Source of the DNA: a virus
Virus record (IMG/VR): IMGVR_UViG_3300011423_000003
Strand: one strand, 5' to 3'
DNA length: 47,490 nucleotides
A program made the position numbers and the translations under genes. Each line of letters starts with the position of its first letter. Positions within the stretch are counted from its first letter, which is position 1. Of the stretch, positions 1 to 7,324 are shown in pieces. The notes under the pieces were generated by a model. That model was not told the DNA's origin. It searched no databases and was given only the letters and a program-made list of their open reading frames with translations.

Positions 1-123
1 CTGGAGATGGTTGTTGGATCGAGTTAGTGAGTGTATTTTTGATTTTCGATTTGGGATCGACCACCTCAACTCTGAGTATGCCCAGTGGGTTTGTTAGTGT
101 AAAAAAAAAAAAAAAAAAAAAAA
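1..123. repeat. Terminal direct repeat, left copy (123 bp, identical to 47368..47490); ends in A23 (101..123)
   Basis: The first 123 nt, CTGGAGATGGTTGTTGGATC...TTGTTAGTGT(A)23, recur exactly as the last 123 nt of the window. This is either a physical short DTR or the overlap of a circular/concatemeric assembly. Confidence 0.9.
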
Positions 124-226
124 CTCAACTCTTGAGAGGGGGGGGATATACTCATCAAAACGAAATTCGAAAATCAGTCTAAGTTAATTATACCTGGCAA
201 GAGATCGGGAATGCGTCCGAGGCTAT

Positions 227-261
227 GATATGGCTGGATAAACGGTTTATGTAACCATCTC
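227..261. repeat. 35-bp palindromic intergenic element, copy 1
   Basis: GATATGGCTGGATAAACGGTTTATGTAACCATCTC. Same family as 13765, 28903, 39909 and 45979. Lies in the non-coding left-end region. Confidence 0.85.
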
Positions 262-390
262 CATCACTCCGACAATCACCGCAGCCTCTCTGAGTAGCCA
301 GAAGCAAGCTAAGCAGCGCAGCCTCTCTGAACTCCGAGTCGAGCCTCAGCTGAGAGCAAAAGAAAAAACTCTGAGTAAGTTGAAGAGAGC

Positions 391-413
391 AAAAAAAGGG
401 GGCTCACGCCCCC
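391..413 (-). terminator. Rho-independent terminator (- strand)
   Basis: On the - strand it reads GGGGGC-GTGA-GCCCCC followed by TTTTTTT (+ strand A7 at 391..397, stem 398..403/408..413). Confidence 0.7.
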
Positions 414-606
414 TCCCTCCTGAGTTGCTCGTCTTGGGCTCGCCAGCCTCGATGCCACTCTTCATAGTAGACTGGGTGGATGTCAACTCCGAATGGACAG
501 TGTGGCTCGGCTCCGAGTCGTCTCGCGTGTGCGCCTGCTTTGTAGGCCATCTGCAGTCCGTTGAGATCTGGTTCAAACATCTTGGAAACTCCGTCCGGGG
601 AAAGGT

Positions 607-628
607 GGGCGGGGATTGCTCCCCGCCC
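607..628 (-). terminator. GC-rich hairpin immediately downstream of the 637..1023 gene (probable terminator)
   Basis: 9-bp stem GGGCGGGGA/TCCCCGCCC with a 4-nt loop, starting 9 nt after the stop codon. Followed on the - strand by ACCTTTCC, so the U-tract is only short. Confidence 0.5.
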
Positions 629-636
629 GATGGGCC

Positions 637-1023
637 TTAGGCCTTCTTCTTCTTCGGCTCGCTCATGGCCTGCATCGAGGCCATGAACTGTGCCTGCTCC
701 TCCGGGGTCTTCGAGGCCATGAACTCCTCGAAGGTCAGCTTCGTGATGGCGGACTTGACTGCGGCCGCCACATCGATCCGAGTCGCGATGGTCCGGAGAT
801 CGCCCGCGCGCAGTGCCGCGAGCTTCTTGTCGACTGCGGCCTCGGACAATTCCTGATAGTCGTTGGGATTGTCCTTCTTGGTGATGCCCGCGTGGGTGTC
901 CTTGACCACGTTCTCGAGCCCCTTGATCGCGATGTGCTGGGCGACTGGGGACAATTCCCCGAAGCCGAAATCGGCCAAGTCAACAGTGCGCGCGATCGCC
1001 TTACCAAGTTGAAGAGTAACCAT
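637..1023 (-). CDS. Hypothetical protein, 128 aa, GC-rich, isolated - strand gene
   Basis: ORF 637..1107 trimmed to the ATG at 1023, which is preceded by AAGGAGA with a 5-nt spacer (MVTLQLGK...). Strong G/C at third positions. Followed by two hairpin terminators. Many antisense ORFs here are GC artefacts. Confidence 0.75.
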   Translation of the reverse strand: MVTLQLGKAIARTVDLADFGFGELSPVAQHIAIKGLENVVKDTHAGITKKDNPNDYQELSEAAVDKKLAALRAGDLRTIATRIDVAAAVKSAITKLTFEEFMASKTPEEQAQFMASMQAMSEPKKKKA

Positions 1024-1112
1024 TGTAGTCTCCTTCATTACCCGGACTTGGCGGGTTCGTCGAACCCCGTCCCATCTCCGGTATACACACAGTACTCGAT
1101 CCCACACGAATG

Positions 1113-1155
1113 TAAAGTTCGTTGTTTGGTGAGTTTTGGCAATTAAAGTTCGTTG
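1113..1155. repeat. Two 12-bp direct repeats TAAAGTTCGTTG (1113..1124, 1144..1155), 31 bp apart
   Basis: Exact repeat read directly from the sequence, upstream (on the - strand) of the 637..1023 gene. A 15-bp palindrome GGGTTCG-T-CGAACCC at 1053..1067 lies in the leader. Confidence 0.8.
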
Positions 1156-1186
1156 ATCGGACCAGTCTTGAAATATAGTTGCTCAA

Positions 1187-1325
1187 ATAGGACAACAGTC
1201 TCGGACGTAGGACTCGAGGCCCATATGCTTTTAGTCCTAGGACTCGTAGCCTAGGACTGCAGTCTCTGCAACTGGGAGTTGGTGATAGCTATGCGCTTTG
1301 AGCATACCTATGACTCGAGTCCTAT
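1187..1325. promoter_or_regulatory. Array of about 6 (A/T)TAGGACT half-sites in both orientations, with 10-12-bp palindromes
   Basis: TAGGACT at 1208, 1238 and 1252; ATAGGACA at 1187; inverted AGTCCTA at 1233 and 1318. Palindromes AGTCCTAGGACT 1233..1244, GACTGCAGTC 1255..1264 and GACTCGAGTC 1312..1321. Lies in the divergent intergenic region. Confidence 0.7.
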
Positions 1326-1488
1326 GAGACTGCATTCCTACAACTCAGGGTGGGGGTGCCCCGACGAAGCAACTTGGCACAGTTTTTGCAAGCCCTCAGA
1401 ATATCGCTCGAGTGTTTTCTGACATACCTCACTATCACTGTTTACTGTCGCAGTTACTCAGAGGTACACTAAAAAAGATCCAAGGGGC

Positions 1489-1517
1489 TTGACACGCCTC
1501 GGAGAGAGGCGTAAACT
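1489..1517 (+). promoter_or_regulatory. Sigma70-like promoter for the + arm
   Basis: TTGACA (1489..1494), 17-nt spacer, TAAACT (1512..1517), about 20 nt upstream of the GTG start at 1539. The spacer contains the inverted repeat CGCCT/AGGCG. Confidence 0.45.
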
Positions 1518-1538
1518 GCGAACAATGGGGAGGGCTTC

Positions 1539-1994
1539 GTGAGTCTTGTACGGCCTTCGATCGAGCGTCCTATTTGTCGTGTGATACTTGTGTGCGGGCC
1601 TCCGGCTTCAGGTAAATCGACTTACGTCCGAGTCCACGCGAAGACAGGTGACACCGTGATCGACCTCGACGTCATTGCTCAATCGTTCGGACTCAAGAGA
1701 GGATGGCCAAGCACTCACTTCGCCCTCGTCATGAGGGAGTGGGCAAGCCGAATGAAGGCGTTGGCTCAGCTAGGGCCGTTGGATGTGGCTTGGGTTGTGA
1801 TGGGCGCTCCGCTTCGAGAGCAACGGGAGCATTGGGTGAGGGCGCTCGGAGTCAAGTCCAGTGATTTGATTGTGCTCACGGCTACGAGAGAGGAACTCTT
1901 TGAACGGATCAAGGCCGATCCAGAGCGGAGTCGAGTCCGGTCGGAGCAAGTGCTCGCCGTTAGGAACTGGTTCGAGTTGGAGAAGATCGGATGA
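1539..1994 (+). CDS. P-loop NTPase, polynucleotide-kinase-like (AAA_33 / T4 Pnk kinase-domain type)
   Basis: GTG start preceded by GGGGAGGG. Walker A GPPASGKST is followed about 15 aa later by VIDLD, the arrangement seen in the T4 Pnk kinase domain. The stop overlaps the next start (ATGA). Confidence 0.7.
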   Translation: MSLVRPSIERPICRVILVCGPPASGKSTYVRVHAKTGDTVIDLDVIAQSFGLKRGWPSTHFALVMREWASRMKALAQLGPLDVAWVVMGAPLREQREHWVRALGVKSSDLIVLTATREELFERIKADPERSRVRSEQVLAVRNWFELEKIG

Positions 1995-2473
1995 GGGAGG
2001 TTCATCCACATCTCTTCGTCGGGAGCGCCGAGGACTACAAGGCTTGTCGGAGTGAGGCGGGTTGGTCTTTTCTTACCTGCGCGAAGGAGCCGTGGCACCG
2101 GAGTGCGTTGGGTTACGAGGGTCGAAGTGCTCCGAGAGAACACCCGGAGTATCTCATGGCTCGGCGGGGTGATCAGTTGATCCTTAACATGGTTGATGCT
2201 ATCAATGCCGCCTACTTCCATCCAGAGATGATGGATGCCGGAGTGGAGTTCATCGAGGCCGAACTGGAGAAGGGCCGGAACGTCTTGATCCACTGCAATC
2301 AAGGCCACTCTCGAGCCCCAGGAATGGCCTTCTACTTCCTCTGGAAGAAGCGGGGCTTCGGGAAGGGTAAGGTCTTCAGCGATGGCGAATACGAGTTCAA
2401 GCAACACTACCCCAGCTACAATCCGTCGGAGGGGATTAGAGAGTTTATCCGCGTTGAGTGGAGGCGGCCATGA
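1991..2473 (+). CDS. Cys-based phosphatase (HCX5R, dual-specificity/PTP fold)
   Basis: Signature VLIHCNQGHSRAP matches the H-C-X5-R active-site loop. ATGA overlaps with both neighbours. Confidence 0.75.
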   Translation: MREVHPHLFVGSAEDYKACRSEAGWSFLTCAKEPWHRSALGYEGRSAPREHPEYLMARRGDQLILNMVDAINAAYFHPEMMDAGVEFIEAELEKGRNVLIHCNQGHSRAPGMAFYFLWKKRGFGKGKVFSDGEYEFKQHYPSYNPSEGIREFIRVEWRRP

Positions 2474-3087
2474 CACGGATCTTAGGGAGGCCGTCGGCTC
2501 CGGAAGTGGAGACGGACTTCGTTCGAGAACTGAACGAGGCGGATCTGGTTCTCTTGGACGCACCACGCGGAGTCCAGTCAAAACCAATAGCGAAGCTTCG
2601 CGACAGTCATCACGCCCTTGCACGAGCCTTGAGCGCAGGTATGAAGCCTGGCGAAGCGTCGCTGATCACTGGCTACAGTCTCAGCCGAATAAGCGTCCTC
2701 CAGGGCGATCCTAGCTTCAAGGAGTTGCTCGAGTTTTATCGCGGCCATCAGGACACCGCTTATGCGAACCTCCACGACCGAATGGCTACTCTCAGTATGG
2801 ACGCCCTTGAGGAACTCCGTGAGAGACTTGATGACCACCCTGAAGAGTTCACGCCCGGAGCGCTTCTTGAGATGGTTAAAACACTGGCTGATCGAACGGG
2901 GTTCGCGCCCACCACCAAAAGCTTGAACATGAATGTGGACTTGAACTCATTCGCGGATAAGCTTCAAGCGGCGAGGAAACGCGCTGAGCGGCCCCAACAT
3001 AATCAAGCCTTAACAATCGAGGTCAAGCAAGTCCCCGCTCCTACCGACAGCAGCCTGCTTGGCCGCGAGCCGGAGGATCAGAAATGA
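2470..3087 (+). CDS. terS: Putative terminase small subunit (HTH protein upstream of TerL)
   Basis: ATG at 2470 with GGAGG 5 nt upstream and an ATGA overlap with the phosphatase stop. HTH-like segment GEASLITGYSLSRISVL. Positioned directly before terL. Confidence 0.55.
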   Translation: MTRILGRPSAPEVETDFVRELNEADLVLLDAPRGVQSKPIAKLRDSHHALARALSAGMKPGEASLITGYSLSRISVLQGDPSFKELLEFYRGHQDTAYANLHDRMATLSMDALEELRERLDDHPEEFTPGALLEMVKTLADRTGFAPTTKSLNMNVDLNSFADKLQAARKRAERPQHNQALTIEVKQVPAPTDSSLLGREPEDQK

Positions 3088-3141
3088 TTCTCCGGCACTT
3101 TACCCCCTCCAAGGTTGTTCGCGAGCCGGCCTTGGTAACTC

Positions 3142-3172
3142 GAGGGCGTCCGCATAACGCCCTCTCTTTTTT
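3142..3172 (+). terminator. Rho-independent terminator
   Basis: Stem GAGGGCG(T)/(A)CGCCCTC with a 7-9-nt loop, followed by TCTTTTTT. Confidence 0.7.
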
Positions 3173-3192
3173 AGGCCAAGCGGAGTTCAGCA

Positions 3193-4734
3193 TTGTTAGC
3201 TAAAATCGAAGACCCTCAGAAAGAGATGGCTGACGCACTTGCTCGCTACACCAACGACCCTGTTGGTTTCGTCGCTTGGGCTTTTCCTTGGGAAGCGCCG
3301 GAGACGGAGTTGGAACGGTTTAAAGGGCCGGAACAATGGCAGCTGACGGTCCTTGAGGGGATTCGGGATGGCTTGCTCACAGCGAACCAAGCAATCCAGC
3401 TTGCTGTTGCTTCCGGTCACGGCGTCGGGAAGAGTGCGTTGGTCGCGTGGATCATTCTTTGGTCTTTAACCACCTTCGAGGATTGTCGTGGAGTGGTCAC
3501 AGCTAACACGGAAACGCAGCTGAAGACGAAGACGTGGGCCGAGCTGACGAAGTGGCACCGGCTGTTCATGGGTCGTGAACACTTTAAGATGACAGCCACT
3601 GCGATCTACAACACAGGCCCTGACCGCGAACGAAGCTGGAGAATAGACTTGATCGCTTGGTCGGAGCGGAGCACAGAAGCGTTCGCTGGACTGCATAACA
3701 AGGGCAAGCGGATTCTGGTGATCTTCGATGAGGCCTCGGCTATTCCAGATGTGATCTGGGAGACGACTGAAGGCGCGCTGACGGACAGTGATACACAGAT
3801 CGTATGGATGGTCTGTGGGAACCCGACTCGTAACTCCGGCCGGTTTAGAGAGTGCTTCGGCCGCTTCCGCTACCGCTGGAAGACGTTCGAGGTGGACTCC
3901 AGAACCGTCTCCATTACTAACAAAGAGCAATTCAAACGATGGGTCAGGGACTATGGCGAAGATAGCGACTTCGTTCGAGTTCGCGTCCGCGGAGTGTTTC
4001 CACGAAGCGGGTCGATGCAGTTCATCGGGCTTGATACAGTTGAAGCTGCCACTCAGAGAGAGCTACCGGCAAGAGCCTCGCCATTCGAGCCGTTTATTAT
4101 TGGAGTTGACGTTGCTCGCTTCGGTGACGACGCCAGCTGCATCGCGTTCCGCAAGGGAAGAGACGCTCGAACAGTTGAGCCTATCATTCTGAGAAACGTC
4201 GATACGATGCAACTCTCAGGGAGGGTCGCTGATGTCTTTTCGCAGTATAAGGCGGACGCAGTATTCGTGGACGGCGGCGGAGTGGGAGGTGGTGTTGTTG
4301 ACCGTCTTCGCCAGCTGCATGTCCCTGTCTTCGACATCCAATTCGGAGGGAAGAGCGACCGAACAGATCTTGAGGAGGGTGCAAGAAGTGCTAACAAACG
4401 ATCAGAGATATGGCACTCAATGAAGAAGTGGCTTGAGATCGGCTGCCTGCCGAACGAAGGTCAGTTCATGCAACAATACAGAGAGGAACTCCCTGGACCT
4501 GAGTACGGCTTCAACATCCGAGATGAAATTCAGCTGGAACGCAAAGAGGATATGAAGCGACGGGGCTACGCTTCGCCCGACTTAAGCGACGCCCTTGCCC
4601 TTACCTTCTCTTATCCTGTGATGCCGAGCATTTATGCTGGGGGCGAGCACGCACAGTTCCGGTCGAAGCAGCCAATGGCTGAAGGCGTTGACTACGACCC
4701 CTTCACGAACAGGGCGATTGGAATCAGCGCGTGA
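3193..4734 (+). CDS. terL: Terminase large subunit
   Basis: Walker A-like SGHGVGKS, Walker B ILVIFDEAS, and the nuclease-domain motif IGVDVARFGDDAS. The start is uncertain (TTG 3193 or ATG 3226). Confidence 0.88.
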   Translation: MLAKIEDPQKEMADALARYTNDPVGFVAWAFPWEAPETELERFKGPEQWQLTVLEGIRDGLLTANQAIQLAVASGHGVGKSALVAWIILWSLTTFEDCRGVVTANTETQLKTKTWAELTKWHRLFMGREHFKMTATAIYNTGPDRERSWRIDLIAWSERSTEAFAGLHNKGKRILVIFDEASAIPDVIWETTEGALTDSDTQIVWMVCGNPTRNSGRFRECFGRFRYRWKTFEVDSRTVSITNKEQFKRWVRDYGEDSDFVRVRVRGVFPRSGSMQFIGLDTVEAATQRELPARASPFEPFIIGVDVARFGDDASCIAFRKGRDARTVEPIILRNVDTMQLSGRVADVFSQYKADAVFVDGGGVGGGVVDRLRQLHVPVFDIQFGGKSDRTDLEEGARSANKRSEIWHSMKKWLEIGCLPNEGQFMQQYREELPGPEYGFNIRDEIQLERKEDMKRRGYASPDLSDALALTFSYPVMPSIYAGGEHAQFRSKQPMAEGVDYDPFTNRAIGISA

Positions 4735-4816
4735 GGCACATCGAAGCTGATAAGTTTTTGGTGGGGACGGTCTTGATCCTGATACTTTTGCTTGTCGTTT
4801 GCGGAGTGTCAAAATA

Positions 4817-5278
4817 ATGGCGATACAGCTTGGACAGCCGGTTGTCTTCAGACCAGGCACGGCCTTTGAAGAGAGGTGGGGACCGGGACAATACCTCTCG
4901 GGAATGGTCACGAGCATCACTGGTGGTGAAGCCTCACTGATCGTTTGGCCCGCCGGGGAGTATCCACCTTATTACGAGCTGCGTGTCAGTCGAGACGATG
5001 CCCTGGCAAAGCCCCGCACATGGACGCCCTCGGTCAGTGACACGTCTGCCCTCCCCGAGGCTCCTTCGGATGGACAGATCTACGGCCGCCGGAATCAGGC
5101 TTGGACGCCCGTAATTACTGGTGGATCTGGTGGTGGTGTCTCTGCTATCGTTATCTCCGATACTGTGCCTGCACAGCCTCTCGAGGGAATGGCGTGGCTG
5201 GACACCACCATCAACAACTTCTTCATTTATCAACAAGGTGTTTGGGTCGAGCCCGCTCACCTGAACCCTGTTCCGTAG
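4817..5278 (+). CDS. Small tail-fibre-like protein
   Basis: ATG 4817 (the track start at 4799 is TTG). Motifs typical of fibre proteins: EAPSDGQIYGRRNQAWTPV and ISDTVPAQPLEGMAWLDT...FFIYQQGVWV. Confidence 0.6.
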   Translation: MAIQLGQPVVFRPGTAFEERWGPGQYLSGMVTSITGGEASLIVWPAGEYPPYYELRVSRDDALAKPRTWTPSVSDTSALPEAPSDGQIYGRRNQAWTPVITGGSGGGVSAIVISDTVPAQPLEGMAWLDTTINNFFIYQQGVWVEPAHLNPVP

Positions 5279-5287
5279 GACACTGAG

Positions 5288-7324
5288 ATGGCAATTCAGT
5301 TTCCAATCAACCCGCAGCAAGGCCAACAGTACACCCCTGCTGGTATTCCGCTGACGTGGCAATACGACTCGGGGCGACACGCCTGGAGAGTGCTTCGCTC
5401 GGCCGCAAGCTGGAGTGAGATTGGGGGGAAGCCCGCTACATTCCCGCCTTCCGCCCACTCTCACATCATCGCGGATGTCACTGGATTGCAAGCGGGTTTA
5501 GATCTAAAGCAAGACTCGAGTGCAAGAGGCTTCCCGAACGGTTACGCCTCGCTCGATGGAAATGGCCTCGTTCCAACAAGCCAGCTGCCTCCACTCAGTG
5601 AGACTGATTGGAACCAGATTGAGAACAAGCCAAGCGAGTTCCCACCCTCCGCTCACTCCCACCCCGTCGCCCAGATCAGCGACAGCTCAAGCGTTGGTCA
5701 GCAACTCGTTCGCTCACCCACGGCTCAAGATGCGAGGAATGTGATTGGGGCCATTGGGCCTGATGACAACGCTCGAGTTAAGGTTAAGCTTGCTGGCGTC
5801 TCGATGGGGATCAGACGAGCGATCAACTTTATCGAGGGCTTGAATGTTACACTGGCTGTTGCGGATGATGCTGTTAATGAAGAGGTGGATGTAACGATTA
5901 ACTCGTCTGGTGGAGGCGGGGGTGGAGCCTCGATCCTCGTCAGTGAGACCAAGCCCGTTGCACCAGCTGACAATACGATGTGGCTCGACTCGGCGACAGG
6001 CATCACTTACATCTACTACAACGACGGAGGTGGCCATCAGTGGATTGAGCCTCTTCCCTACATTCCTGCGCAGCCAGCCGCTTACACAAAGATAGTCTTC
6101 CCCGTCGCACCAGTCAACGATCAAGCCTTCACTGCGTATGCGGGGGCGGTCTGGAAGTGGTCATCGGTGAGAGGTGTTTGGTACGCAGCACAGACAGCCA
6201 GTCAGTCTTATACGAAGGCTGAGGCGGACACTAAGTTCGTCGATATTGTCGGCGATACTATGACGGGGGCGTTGACACTGAACGCCAACCCGACCGCTCC
6301 ACTTCAGGCCGCCACCAAACAGTACGTCGACAGCAAGGCTCCGATCATCGTAAGCGACACTCCACCACCCACCCCACTCGACAACACGCTGTGGTGGGAA
6401 AGTGATACTGGCATTCTTTATCTCCGCTATAATGATGGCGTAGGCCCTGTTCAGTGGGTCCAGGCGGTTGCGACACCAGTGCTCGATACGTCAGCGCTTG
6501 TTAAGAAGGCTGGCGATACGATGACTGGTAACCTGGTGATCAGTACACCAGCTGGCAATGCATCACTTACTTTAAATAGTGGTATCAGCAATATCGAGAT
6601 TGGCAGGATGGATGGCGTTGCCAGCACTCCATTCATTGATTTCCACTCAGGTGCAGCGGTTACTGACTTCGATGCTCGATTGATCGCGAGTGGAAGTGGC
6701 GCTGCAGCCGAGCTTAAGTTAGATGGCGGAAACTTTGTGCTGCCCCGCGATCCTACGTCAGGGCTTCACGCTGCTACTAAGCAGTACGTCGATCTCAAGA
6801 CATCGAACAGACAACGCTTCACTTTAGATGGACTTAACTTAATTGACATTCCAGTCCCCGCGGGTGCTGTCGCAGCGAAGTTAAGTGGTTCAGCTTATTT
6901 TGCGGGAGCTGGCAATACATATCCTATGATACAGCTGAGTACTTCGGCCGGAGTGTTTATTAACTCAGTAGGGGGCTATGTCTTTAGTGGGAATCAGTTT
7001 ACTGCTTATCCAGCTGCAGCTTGGGCCTACTATACTAATAATGCTTCTATTGCAGGTTTCTTTTTGGTGCAAACTCAAGATAATAGTCAACTTCCTTTTA
7101 ACTGGGATGGGTTTATGCAGGTGAAGAGAAAAACAACAGGAAATTATTTTTCAGGTGACTTCATATCGAGAGGTTATAACAATGCAACTGGACACGGGAT
7201 ATTTACTTTCAATAACCGTTGTCAGACTCCGGGTTCCGGTCTTAGTGTCTTAGCTATTCGTTTTATACTGTATGGCGGCACCCTCTTCGATACTAACAGT
7301 GTTCTCATTGTGGAGTGGCTGTAA
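5288..7324 (+). CDS. Tail fibre protein (678 aa)
   Basis: Repeated fibre motifs (KP(A/S)(T/E)FPPSAHSH twice, ATKQYVD twice, ISDTPPP..LWW). The C-terminal third is visibly AT-richer. Confidence 0.85.
   Translation: MAIQFPINPQQGQQYTPAGIPLTWQYDSGRHAWRVLRSAASWSEIGGKPATFPPSAHSHIIADVTGLQAGLDLKQDSSARGFPNGYASLDGNGLVPTSQLPPLSETDWNQIENKPSEFPPSAHSHPVAQISDSSSVGQQLVRSPTAQDARNVIGAIGPDDNARVKVKLAGVSMGIRRAINFIEGLNVTLAVADDAVNEEVDVTINSSGGGGGGASILVSETKPVAPADNTMWLDSATGITYIYYNDGGGHQWIEPLPYIPAQPAAYTKIVFPVAPVNDQAFTAYAGAVWKWSSVRGVWYAAQTASQSYTKAEADTKFVDIVGDTMTGALTLNANPTAPLQAATKQYVDSKAPIIVSDTPPPTPLDNTLWWESDTGILYLRYNDGVGPVQWVQAVATPVLDTSALVKKAGDTMTGNLVISTPAGNASLTLNSGISNIEIGRMDGVASTPFIDFHSGAAVTDFDARLIASGSGAAAELKLDGGNFVLPRDPTSGLHAATKQYVDLKTSNRQRFTLDGLNLIDIPVPAGAVAAKLSGSAYFAGAGNTYPMIQLSTSAGVFINSVGGYVFSGNQFTAYPAAAWAYYTNNASIAGFFLVQTQDNSQLPFNWDGFMQVKRKTTGNYFSGDFISRGYNNATGHGIFTFNNRCQTPGSGLSVLAIRFILYGGTLFDTNSVLIVEWL

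Noticed and set aside
101-123. A23 as a pure sequencing or adapter artefact
   Set aside because: The tract is followed by unique genomic sequence at 124 onward and appears in both repeat copies, so it is internal to the molecule. Its exact length remains uncertain, as noted in the finding.
346-640. Track ORFs 346..576 (-) and 380..640 (+) in the left-end region
   Set aside because: They have no SD-like sequence. They run straight through the terminator hairpins at 391..413 and 607..628, their composition is odd, and they overlap each other. Treated as non-coding.
616-1146. Antisense or alternative-frame ORFs over the 637..1023 gene (616..1146 +, 665..856 +, 735..1007 -)
   Set aside because: These are typical long spurious frames in GC-rich sequence. 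Only the frame starting at 1023 has a strong RBS and a protein-like composition.
1107-1539. tRNA or other structured RNA gene in the 430-bp intergenic region
   Set aside because: No cloverleaf-compatible arms or conserved T-loop (GTTCNANNC) and D-loop context were seen. The region is better explained by repeat arrays and a promoter.
1766-2623. 285-aa - strand ORF antisense to the kinase/phosphatase genes
   Set aside because: Its translation is Arg/Ser/Pro-rich and low in complexity, and it has no RBS. The + strand frames carry clear catalytic motifs and coupled junctions.
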